NCBI RefSeq assembly: GCF_002105155.1
Contig: NW_019029016.1
Coordinates: 186,001 to 250,000 of the forward strand
Source: Lobosporangium transversale
Taxonomy: Eukaryota
Direction: 5' to 3'
Length of the DNA stretch: 64,000 bases
This document shows positions 1 to 10,677 of this stretch, piece after piece (position 1 is the stretch's first letter; each line of letters begins with the position of its first letter). A program made the position numbers and the translations under genes. Below the pieces are notes generated by a model. It ran no database searches and was not told the DNA's origin. It was given only the letters and a program-made list of their open reading frames with translations.

Positions 1-790
1 AATCTCTGTTGTTCCATGTCTGTGATAGATATATCGCCGAGATACCCAATAAAATCTGTTCGGAGAAGATTAACAGCATCTGTAGCTGATTCATTCAAAA
101 GTGAATCGACCATCCTTCTGAAAGTATGGTACGAAAGCATCCTCTTATTCTGATTGTCTGTGGAGAAGTCCTGCCATGTATCGTAATCGAGACATTTCGT
201 CGAGCCGTTGACTTTCGAGCGAAGATCCTCATGAATGGAGCGTCCACAAAGACAAATCATTCCTGGATGACTATTGACATTGAGCACAATTCATTGTATT
301 AGAATGGCACATCAACTCGTGGAGAGTTAACTAAGCTTAAAAAACATACCCATTTGACTTCGAGTGTACGTCTCGCATCACCAAAAGTTCTCCAGAAAAC
401 AGACTCATTATTGCGAACGTTAACTTCCTCAAATGATAGTCTAAATGAAAAATATAAGGTCAGTACCGGTACAATAGCGCATACATTGCATCCACTTTAT
501 CCATTTTCGCGGAAGTTGGCTTACGGGAGGCAGCGATACCCAAAGTCAGTTAATTGGGTGATAAGTCGATACAACCATGTTGTTTTTCCAGAGGCACGTG
601 CGCCTATGAGCATCACTAAATCGCGGCGAAAAACGCTCTGTAGTATTTCCTTATTTTTGTCATGGTCCGCAGGATCCACATAGTAGACTTTATTAACATC
701 GTCGAATCTGATCGGTCCATTGACTGTCCGGAATGTAATGAGACAGACCATGGCGATTATAAATTGAGGTTCATTCTGCTTCTTTCTGCT
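1..790 (-). pseudogene. CRN-like NTPase-REase effector pseudogene, inverted paralog of 19718..22438; runs off the window start
   Basis: 1..730 is a near-identical reverse complement of ~20585..21690 (Walker A GARASGKTT). About 380 bp containing Walker B (20940..21320 of the paralog) is missing. The N-terminal exon is reduced to a KKQNEPQF remnant. Confidence 0.85.
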
Positions 791-1130
791 CCAAATCATA
801 CTTTTAACCTGCTTTTTTTTTTTTTTTTTTTTTTTTTTTCATCATGTACCAGAGATATTCGAGCTCTGCCTGCTAGATCCCTGCATCTGGGTATCCCACG
901 GGGCCAACAGAGCTTACGAGGAGGACTGTGTTCAAGATGAGTAAGGATGACCTTTCCCAGGCTTGTGAGAGTGCAGGAGGATCATTTGTGATGCGCACTC
1001 ACACGCTGGAAGAGCACGCACAGTTTTCCAAGAAGGTGCGATCTCCGCACCAAGAGAGTTCAACAAAATAAACTGGGTTGTTACAAACGTTTATGTGAAT
1101 GAATAAGCTTTTTTTATTTTCTGAAAACAA

Positions 1131-4100
1131 TTAGTCGCCATCTTGCAGTGTTAAGGACGATTCTTGCTCGTTGGATTTGATCTTCTTTTCTCTTCCATGC
1201 TCAATTGCCTCTCCACTTCTCTTGATGGAATCCAATAGCTCAATCTCGTTCTCATGAAAGTATTCGGCAATGTTGCCCTCATCTATCACCATTAGAGCCT
1301 GCCTTGAATCTGGGGGATGCATGGTCTTATTTTTATCTGACAATTTTCCAGGATACATTAACAACAAGCTAAGATACCTTTCATTCGGAGGGCAAAAGCG
1401 GTCAAAGTTGGGCAAATGGTGTACATTGATCGCGTCGCGGCTAATTGTCTCTAAGGCGTGTGCTGCTTTCATACCATCAAGCTTCTTCACGAATTTGAGC
1501 TGGACAAATACGGGGTACATCTTTTTGTTGATCTTGAGAATAAACACAATGTCTGGACCAGTGATTTCGTCCGTGGGGAAATAAAATGGAGGAATCTCTC
1601 TTTTATCAATCCTCGAATCATGGTCGAAATGGGCCTCCAAGAATTGCTCCATAGTCAAGTCACTGCAATCAGCTCCAATGCGGGATTTTTTCCATCCAAC
1701 TATGGTGGCTTCGTGATCAACCAGATCCAGAGGTGCATTTTTTGGAAACATCTTTTTCGCAAGCGTCTTGTTGTGGAAGATGTTGATCAAGCTCAAAGGA
1801 ACTTGACACTCCCAAAATTTTCCATGTATTTTGGAGTCTTTAGTGAATGTCCAAAAGGTAACTATCATGTTGTGAAATCCAGGGTCTGATTTTTGAAAGT
1901 AATTGTGGACTGCAAGAAACACAAATGGTTCGTCGATCACTGTACGATATTCTGGCGATTTTGACTTGATAAACTCCATCCTACCAAGCGCCGATTCTAC
2001 AAGTTGGGGAAGTTCCTTAGCGATAACAGTTTGTACTCCAAATAACACCATGCGAACAAGTGCTACTTTGACGAGATAGAGCATCTCAGATTTCTCCACA
2101 TTAAGCGCCTTCATAGCGTGATGAAAGTCAGAGCATAAGTTCCCCCTTTTCCTCTGGTTCAAATCATCAGGGCAAGTTGTTAGCCTTTGTTGCACGTCCT
2201 TTATCTCCTTCATCCAGATTGGCTCTTCTTGAGATCCTGGCTCATTTTGCTCCCTTTTAGTCTCCTCGATCGCATTGTGCTTCCATATAGTTCCCTCGAT
2301 CACGCTGATAATGGGTCGGAATCGGCCTCGGAGGAGTCGGTACATCGTATCGACTGCAGCTGGCGGTATCATTTCATCGATTTTTTCACGACCTGTAGTC
2401 ACTTGATCTTTAAGACGCTCTAAGTATTCGGTGATTTGTGCTATACTACTCCATCCAGAAAAATTGGTGATACGATAGGATTGACCTCCATCCGGTTCCT
2501 TGGTACCTTTGGCTTCTGCGCCAGAATCCTCCAACCATTGAAGGTCATTAAGACTAAGGCCAGTCCCACACGGAATGATACAAACATGTTGCGAATCCGT
2601 GGTTACTGTTTCAAGGCCATGGACTACAGGCGATAGTAATGGCCTCGGTCTGCTATCGGGTAGGTTCGATTGGAATCGTTTCTCAAATACTCGGCTGAAA
2701 TTCTGAGCCTCATCAACTACAATCAGAATTTTGGTCGATGGATTCAGTTGACTTTGAACTTGTTCAAAAGCTTTTTGAACGACACGGCATACGTTCCCTC
2801 TTCCAACACCTCCCCTGTGGAAGCTTGCGGCTATAGTATTGAAAAGCTTGTCAAAAATATCGGGTACCTCCTTGCTGAAAGCTGAGGGGCAAACCTGCAA
2901 GAGCATCAAGCTTTCACAAGTTAGGTTTTTGTTCAATCCCAGACAGTGTTGGAAGATCAGTAGTCTTGACAGGAGTAGGCAGTGCGTGATTGCTTGTGTG
3001 TTAAGGCCATTTTCTGCCTTATCTTGATTATTATATAACCGTTCCAAATTTGCCTCTTGCATAAACTTAGCAAGCGATGTCAAGTCATTGGATCCTCTAT
3101 CGGTGCTGCTGGCGTTCAAATAGATGCCCCATTTCTGGGAAAGAATCTCGATGACAGTCCTGGTCTTCCCGCAACCACTAACTCCAAACAATGATAGTTG
3201 ACGAGGATCATCTTCATAAATTTTTTTGATTGCCTCTTCACATGGATGGTATATAGTGTTATTGAGAGATGTCGATGGGCTAAGGAGAAGAAGACTTGGC
3301 CATTCTTTTTTCTCGCTTGGCGTTCCTCTCCTAGGGACTTTCGGAAGACCTGACACAACTCCCCCAGTCAGTGGAAGTTTAAGGTCACCATTGGCGTATG
3401 ATTCTAGGAATTGCTTGACCTTTCCCTGGAAGAATTCCTTCTTGATTCTCTCAAGCCAGAGTCTCTCTAGATATGACATGTGACGGACAATGTTAATATG
3501 CCGTAAAAACTAATGTGCTATATAACCCGTAATATAACCCGACAAATCTCTTACCATCCTCATCATTTAGTTCTAAAGCTCTTGGACCTAAGTATCCATA
3601 ATGTTTCAAGAAAAGGCGTTAGAATAAGCTGCAGCATGTAGCAAAAGATTAAACGAGAAATTGACTCAATCCACAACCACAAAAAAAAAGAAAAGAAAGG
3701 GCATTAGGAATAGGCTCCGGGTGTGCAAACTCAATCAAAAGACCCAAGGAATGAATACAGAGCATCTGCGATGCTGAAAGTCTACTTGAGAAATAGACTC
3801 ATTTACTGTTGACTTGAGAACTCGTACCTGCAAAGGATCCTAACAATTGCAACAGCAATAAAATAAATAAACATGTTAGCATGAACAGTAATGTTGATCA
3901 ATGACGTCATGCACAGGAGTTTAAGCTCCATCTGGCTGAAAATATCAGTAGCCAGCCCATCAAGAGCTACCTTGTGATGGCCGCTGAATAATGACGTTGA
4001 TAGTCTCCTCAGGCAGAGGCGATATGCCGAATATCTTTGAGATCTTGCTTGTTGCTCTGGTGAGTAGCTCCTTTGATTCAATATTGGCGAGATTGATTGT

Positions 4101-4289
4101 AGCGCCCTCATCAGGAACAGAGACGTGGAAGAGATTCAATTTGCCAGCTGCAATGTCGTCGAATTGAGGTTCGTTCTTCTTCTTGATTGCATCTTTGAGA
4201 GCAGCAATTGAGTCATCAGCATTCACTTGGACTTCAAATGCGGAAGAGTCGCCGTCGAGAATACAAAAGAGCTTAATTTTTTGAGTCAT
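1131..4289 (-). CDS. Crinkler (CRN)-like effector: Ubl N-terminus + P-loop NTPase + PD-(D/E)xK nuclease; predicted exons 4289-3971, 3827-3807, 3587-3555, 3466-1131
   Basis: N-terminus IKLFCILDGD..LNLFHV..TINVIIQRP. GT-AG introns splice in frame (QG-TSSQVN-SPRALELNDED-ERLW). Walker A GVSGCGKT, Walker B LIVVDEAQ, nuclease-like GPDIVF...FVQLK. Confidence 0.85.
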
Positions 4290-4491
4290 CTTGGTTTAAT
4301 TGCATACTGAAAAAAAAAAAAAAAAAAAAAAAAAAGTAATTGACAGTAAATCAGCAAGAGCGAATTTGATTAAAGTGAACTGAGCAAGAATGTTGGCGTT
4401 AATGTGAAGATTGAAAGAGAAATGCTTAGAGGAAGAGGGATGAAAGAAAGAAAGATGGATGTGTGAGAAAAAAAAAAGAGTGGCAATAGGA

Positions 4492-4524
4492 TGTGCTCAC
4501 TAAAAATAAAATTACGTACACGCG
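4492..4524 (-). promoter_or_regulatory. Conserved upstream motif of CRN genes (GTGTACGTAATTT..TTTT.AGTGAGCACA)
   Basis: A near-identical motif lies at 54948..54981 upstream of the CRN pseudogene at 55139, in the same relative orientation. Confidence 0.5.
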
Positions 4525-4636
4525 TTTTTATTCCCATCATCCATCATACAATTATATACATACATTTTCCTCTCTATTGCTTCAGAATCTTTGTTTTCGC
4601 ACCTTAACTACACGTTAAACATTTAATTCAAGGCTA

Positions 4637-6239
4637 CAGTGGTCATCAAAAGTCATTCAATGAATTAGGAATTTCGACATTCTCATTCCTTTCTCCAATT
4701 TGATCTTGCTTGTCGCTAATGAAACTTACGTAGCGAGTTTGACCATCGACAACGTCACTCCTACTACAATGTCAATGAGCTCCTGTTGCTAATTGAAAAT
4801 TTAGATGAATGCCAATTATTGGCATCTCATTGAATGACATTTGAAGAAAATCAGCAGCTTTGCTTTATTTGTTTTTTTTTTCTGTTCTTCAGCAATGTGT
4901 ACGAGATCCTTTCATGCGATGTAGCTCCTCTACCCTTCGTGGCATACTTTCATATAGCTCATCAAGGAAGTCAGGTGGAATAGATGTCCAGATATCCTGT
5001 AGTCTTTCCCATAGTTCATCCGGATCCTTTGGTACCTTCTCATATCCCTTGAGCCGATGATCCATGTAGGCCCATACATTCTCGATAGGGTTGAGGTCAG
5101 GAGAATTTGGAGGCCACTCCAAAGTGGTAATGTGTGACTTAATTAAGAACTCTTTAACCATCCTACTCGTATGAACACTTGCATTGTCCTGCTGAAAAAT
5201 TAACTTTTCAGGGTCCTGGCCATACCACTTCCATGAGCCGAGGACATAATCTTGTAGAACATCAACATATAAAGAGGAATCAACTGTGACAGGGATCCTG
5301 CAACCATCGCCTACACCATGATAAGTGATACAGCCCCACCACATAAGTTTATTATGTGCTCCCCTTGATCTCTCTCTAACATCTCGATCTTCTAAAGTCC
5401 TGTGGCCGGGTCGCCTATATTGTGTTCTTCCTCCTAAGGACCCTAGCCTTTCAAAAAGCTTTTCGTCCGAGAACATCACTCGCTTCCAGTCATCAACAGT
5501 CCAGTCAAGGTGGTTGAGGGCAAAATTCTTCCTTTTCGCAATCTGCATTTTTGTCAGCCTAGGCTTGAATGGGCGGACATAGTTTTTCAAACCCTCTGAT
5601 TTTACATAGCGTCGGGCAGTCTCTACACTGACATGCACTCCATGGCTCGATCTGATGTATTCTTGAACTGCCAGAATGGATCTAAGTTTCCCCGTATCAA
5701 CCTCGCGTGCAATAACCCTCTTGGTAGCAGGGGAAACCAATGAGGGTCTGCCCATTCTGGGTTTAGGAATATTGTCCTTGACGTCCCTCCTGATCCTTAT
5801 TGCCGATGAATAGAGATACCAAGTTGCCTTGCCACTTCGCTTGTAGACTTCCCTTGTCGAAGTAAGGCCTGAGCATTTTGTACCTTTTCCATAGAAAGCG
5901 TCCTCATAATAAATACTAAACGATGTGGAATGTTAATTGTAAGTAGAGGTGTATGAAGATATAGCTGAAGGTAATCTTGGTAGAAAAAAGAGAAGTGAAA
6001 AAGTTTTTTTTGCAATCAACATTGAAATTCAGCAGAAGTCATTCAATAGGCAGGTCAAATTGAAATTGGTTTTATTTCACAATGAAGTCATAATTAGGAA
6101 TGAGACATGAAAGTAATCATGAGGTGTGGGGAACAAATGCACTACCCCAAATATACTAGCCACATGCTAGATGAGAATGAAGAAAAGGAATGAGAATGTT
6201 AAAAATTCAAAATCATTGAATGACTTTTGATGACCACTG
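4637..6239 (-). mobile_element. Tc1/mariner DNA transposon (DD34E)
   Basis: TIR CAGTGGTCATCAAAAGTCATTCAATGA at both ends, each flanked by TA (4635-4636, 6240-6241); transposase inside. Confidence 0.95.
4889..5907 (-). CDS. Tc1-family transposase with a 1-nt frameshift near 5810
   Basis: HTH N-terminus (MRTLSMEKV..SEVARQLGIS), GRP motif, FSDE, QQDNA...SPDLNPIE with 34 residues between D and E. Confidence 0.9.
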
Positions 6240-6442
6240 TAATAATAACGCGTCACTAGAGACGCGACAAAACACGACATGGTTCCTGAATAATCCCATG
6301 TCGCTTCTAGATAGATATGTAGTTACTTGGTACGAGTCTCTCTACCAGAAAATGAATAAATACCCCATGGATGTGGTGTGTGGACCCACATCTTATTCTC
6401 ACTTATCTTAGCTTCTGATAACTACTGTCTAAATATTTTTCA
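6240..6442 (+). repeat. 5' LTR (first ~120 bp missing)
   Basis: Matches the 3' part of 17587..17910 and ends TATTTTTCA. Confidence 0.9.
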
Positions 6443-6531
6443 TTTTTTTAAGTGAAGATTTGCACACACATCTCATCCATTATCAAGAAAAAAAAAAAAA
6501 AAAAAAAAAAACCTCTCTCTCACCTTCCAAC

Positions 6532-7525
6532 ATGAACCCTACTACCACTCCTCACACCCCCGAGCGTGCTGCCCTCACTCCTGAAACAAGAACCGGTGCT
6601 CGCCTTTAAGTCAATCTCAGAATTTACAAAGATTTTGGGAAGTCTTACTGGTCCCCACATCCCGCAAGAGGTTATTACCGATGATAATCCTGCACCTCAT
6701 CGCCGTGACACAGGTCCAATGCGCCGCGCACGAGCATCTGAGGAAAGATTTAACCCTAAGGGCAAAGCCTACAATGAGGAGGCTAAGTCAAAACCCCTCC
6801 ATGATTGCCAGCAATGGGGCAAAAATTCCTCCCACAATACGGATGGATACAAACAATGTGCAAAATGCAATGCACGAGGCCATCTGGCATCCGAATGTAC
6901 CAGAAACAATAATAGGTCTGGTAAGGATCGTCCTAAATCTAATTATAACATGTCACTGCATAAGCAAACAGTCCTTAATAACACTCTGTCGAATTCTACT
7001 GTTAATACACAGGTTTCAACAAGTCCACCTCAAGTACTCGATGACTTAAACGAAGCTCATTCGATAGAAAAGAATAAAAAAGAGATTTCAATACATCCCA
7101 AAAATCTGTTAAATTTATCATTTTATGCTCAAACATATCAAAACCCTTCTCTCACGAAACCACCATTAATGATCTTTGGCACCCAGCCTAGAATCTCTAT
7201 GGAGTTAATCAGCCCCACAATATTGTCATGGCATGATCAATGCGTCACTGCTACTCTCGAATCTGAATTTATACACTCACCTTCTCATATAAGAGTTTCA
7301 TCTTTATCTTCCTCGAATGTTATCCCTAACGATGATGTCCATATCTTAGCCAACTCCATCTCAATCAAGAGAGGGCTGACAAAAGAATCATTGTTTTTGT
7401 TAACTTCGAAGGGGAAAAATATGAAGCTTTGGTTGACACAGGCGCGAGTGTTACGTGTATCCGAAAAGATATTATCCTTAAACATAACAAAGAAATCTCT
7501 CCTGTTGCAGGTGTTATCACTCTAG
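6532..7525 (+). pseudogene. gag: Gypsy gag remnant (CCHC knuckle; capsid domain apparently absent)
   Basis: ATG 6532 stops after 25 codons. The +1 frame carries CAKCNARGHLASEC only ~95 aa from the start. Confidence 0.7.
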
Positions 7526-10500
7526 CCGATGAGAGCCTGACTATTCCCCGTATAGGTGTGGTAGAAAATATAGAACTCGCATATGGCAGCCGAATCGTAT
7601 CGGCAACATTAGAAGTGATCAATCGATCATACCCCTTTATCATAGGGATGGATTTATTTTATCAGCTTGGATTTGGACTCTCGGGCTGCCACAATCCAGG
7701 GCAAGATGCTATCCAGTTACCCGAACCTGAGGAAGATAAACGTCCCTCCCTCATCCCTGATTCTATACCAGAAGAAGAGCATACCAAAACATTTATCATT
7801 GAGAAAAAAGTGTTTATGAAAAAGATCTCACGTCCACTAGTCGACAATGCCCGGATACCTAAACAGAGCTCATGCCCCGTACCGGAAATGAAAGTATTTT
7901 TACCAATCCCAGAGGGTACAGTCCTCTATAGGCGATCACATCCTTTTGCTGAAAAACAAATGTCCATCCTCAATGAAGCCATAGAAAAATGGTTGATAGA
8001 TGACGTTATCACACTTGCCCCTGTAGGCAATGTGCACAATAATAATCTTACACTCACAGCAAAGAAAGACCAAAATGGCAATAAAACGTTATGGCGAGTA
8101 TGTCTTGACCCTCGACCCTTAAACAAACATCTACCAGATGATAACTATCCATTACCTCTTATAAATGATATTATTATTCGTCTCGCTGGTCATGCCATAT
8201 TTACAACTATTGATCTCTCACAAGCGTATCATCGCATGCCAATTAATGAAGCAGATCAACCCTTAACAGCGTTTATGCATCAGGGTAAACAATACATGTT
8301 TAAGAAGGCACCTTTTGGCTTGAAACCATTGTCCAGTCTATTTCAACGAGGAATGTCTCGCATTCTTGGTGATCTTCCTTTCGTCTACAACTTCATTGAC
8401 GATATCGTTATTTTTTCAAAGAACAGAGAGGAACATGCCGAACATGTACGCACTGTGATTATCCGTCTCAACGATGCTAAGTTAATCATCAACAGTGGTA
8501 AATGTAATTTCTACAGTACGCAAATTTCATTGCTCGGCTTCATAATAGGCCTGCATGGTAAAAGTGTTGACCCCTCTAAATTCGCAAATATCGATGATTG
8601 GGAGCCTCCAACTACTGCTAAGCAAATTCAATCGTACTTAGGCACATTCAACTTTTTCCGCGAATATATACCACTCATTAGTGAAGTTGCTGCACCCTTG
8701 GATGCTCTGAGATGTCGAACAGACACTTTCACATTGAATGAAGACCAGTTACAATCTTTTAATGCCTTAAAGTCCCTGCTTACTCATGCACCAGTATTAT
8801 CCTTCCCCAATTTTAATCACCCGTTCTACGTCGCGACGGATGCATCTGATGTTGGGATTGGTGCTGTACTGTATCAATTACCCCGAGGCATAAATCATCC
8901 GAAAGATATAAATTATATCTCATTCATGGCACGATCACTACATCAAAGCGAACGAAAATACAGCGCAACAAAGAAAGAACTCCTGGCCATTGTCTTTGCT
9001 CTTAACAAATTCCACTACTATTTATGGGGTAGACATTTCGATCTGTACACAGATCATCGTGCATTAATGTTTATTCATTCTCAACCTGATATGAATGCCA
9101 TGATGACTAATTGGCAGGACGTAATATTACGATATTCATTTACGGTGCATTACCGACCAGGAGTACTCAATGTTCTACCTGATGCTTTATCACGTCTATT
9201 CCCAGCACGCATGACTCTAAGACAACAAGCACTAGATGTGCATAATGAACCTATGTTAGCATACATCCATGCTATTCAAGATTCTGACAATCCACGAAAC
9301 ATCGTACCCGAAGAAAAACGGCGAGATGTCATGTACCGCGCTCATGCGATGGGCCACATCGGCACTAATGCTATGGTTAAATCTATCCATTCTGATGGCA
9401 AAACATGGCCACATCTAGCAAAAGACTGTACTGATTTTATCAAACGATGTCAATCATGCCAACGTATGAATATTGCGAAAAAGGGTTACCACCCACTGAA
9501 AGCCATTCATGCCCAATTACCAGGAGAACATGTTGCTATTGATATAGCTGGCCCTTTCACAACATCTGAGAAGAACAACTCTTACCTGTTAATTATCGTT
9601 GACGTTTGTACCCGCTTTGTATTACTTGATGCACTACCTGATAAATCTGCTCTTACGGTTGCTACGGCGCTGTTTAAGCGATTTACAGACATCGGTTTTC
9701 CTCGGATCATTCAGTCCGATAACGGCAAAGAGTTTGTCAATGAGCTACTACGCATCATTACCTCGCGAATGTTTATTGATCACAGACTAATTACTCCTTA
9801 CCATCCCCGAGGCAATGGTGTAGCTGAAAATCATGTTAAAACTGCATGCCAAATGATTAGAAAACAAATAAGACACGACAACAAACAATGGGATAATCAT
9901 GTTCCGTTTGTCCAACTAAGTGCTAATACTCGTATAGTCAGCCTCCACAACTCCTCTCCTTTCTCTCTATTTTTTGCGCGCAAAGCCAATGGCTTCAGCA
10001 ACTATACTGATGAAGATGGGAAACCTATGAGTCAAGAAGAGTTACTTGAAAGGCTCAAATACATGACAGAAATAGTCTTCCCTGCAATTCGACGCAAGTC
10101 TAAACGAACTCAGCAGAAAATGATAGAGCGATTTAATGCTACGGTACTTTTGAATGAGTTCCCTGACGGAGCTAAAGTCATGACTCTCGATCCAATCCGT
10201 GGTAATAAACTTACCACACGTTATGAAGGACCCTACACTGTTGTGAACAAGAGTTCTCATGGTTCCTACATACTCAAGGATGGCACAGGTGCAATTCTGG
10301 CCAGACATTATGCTCCATCTCAATTGAAACTCGTACTTGATGACTTTGAAGACACGGACACATATGAAGTGGAAACTATAATTGATCATCGGCAAAATGC
10401 CTCGTCCCCTCATGAGTATGAATACCTCGTCAAATGGAAAAATTATCCACATGATCTCAATACATGGGAACCTGAAGAACACTTCATTGAACGACAATGT

Positions 10501-10677
10501 ATAACTGAATATTGGGCCAATCATCACGCCTCTAAGATTGTTAATGCTAGCCCCAAACGACCTCATAATTCCCTATCAGAACCTGTTGACTCGGTGCAGA
10601 ATGTGTCGCCAACGTCTGATGACCATACATCTGTCAGAAAAACCTCTCGACCTAAACGTCGACGCATGCGTCGTTAG
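7429..10677 (+). CDS. pol: Gypsy pol: aspartic protease, RT, RNase H, integrase, chromodomain
   Basis: LVDTGA, FIDD, TDASD, HH-CC + DDE (QSDNGKEF), GPY motif, YEVETIIDHR..YLVKWKNY..NTWEPEEHF. Confidence 0.96.
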   Translation: MVDTGASVTCIRKDIILKHNKEISPVAGVITLADESLTIPRIGVVENIELAYGSRIVSATLEVINRSYPFIIGMDLFYQLGFGLSGCHNPGQDAIQLPEPEEDKRPSLIPDSIPEEEHTKTFIIEKKVFMKKISRPLVDNARIPKQSSCPVPEMKVFLPIPEGTVLYRRSHPFAEKQMSILNEAIEKWLIDDVITLAPVGNVHNNNLTLTAKKDQNGNKTLWRVCLDPRPLNKHLPDDNYPLPLINDIIIRLAGHAIFTTIDLSQAYHRMPINEADQPLTAFMHQGKQYMFKKAPFGLKPLSSLFQRGMSRILGDLPFVYNFIDDIVIFSKNREEHAEHVRTVIIRLNDAKLIINSGKCNFYSTQISLLGFIIGLHGKSVDPSKFANIDDWEPPTTAKQIQSYLGTFNFFREYIPLISEVAAPLDALRCRTDTFTLNEDQLQSFNALKSLLTHAPVLSFPNFNHPFYVATDASDVGIGAVLYQLPRGINHPKDINYISFMARSLHQSERKYSATKKELLAIVFALNKFHYYLWGRHFDLYTDHRALMFIHSQPDMNAMMTNWQDVILRYSFTVHYRPGVLNVLPDALSRLFPARMTLRQQALDVHNEPMLAYIHAIQDSDNPRNIVPEEKRRDVMYRAHAMGHIGTNAMVKSIHSDGKTWPHLAKDCTDFIKRCQSCQRMNIAKKGYHPLKAIHAQLPGEHVAIDIAGPFTTSEKNNSYLLIIVDVCTRFVLLDALPDKSALTVATALFKRFTDIGFPRIIQSDNGKEFVNELLRIITSRMFIDHRLITPYHPRGNGVAENHVKTACQMIRKQIRHDNKQWDNHVPFVQLSANTRIVSLHNSSPFSLFFARKANGFSNYTDEDGKPMSQEELLERLKYMTEIVFPAIRRKSKRTQQKMIERFNATVLLNEFPDGAKVMTLDPIRGNKLTTRYEGPYTVVNKSSHGSYILKDGTGAILARHYAPSQLKLVLDDFEDTDTYEVETIIDHRQNASSPHEYEYLVKWKNYPHDLNTWEPEEHFIERQCITEYWANHHASKIVNASPKRPHNSLSEPVDSVQNVSPTSDDHTSVRKTSRPKRRRMRR

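Noticed and set aside
7340..7430. Programmed gag-pol frameshift in Gypsy copy 1
   Set aside because: Copy 2 has one extra A (GCCAAACTCC) and is in frame, so this is a single indel or read error.
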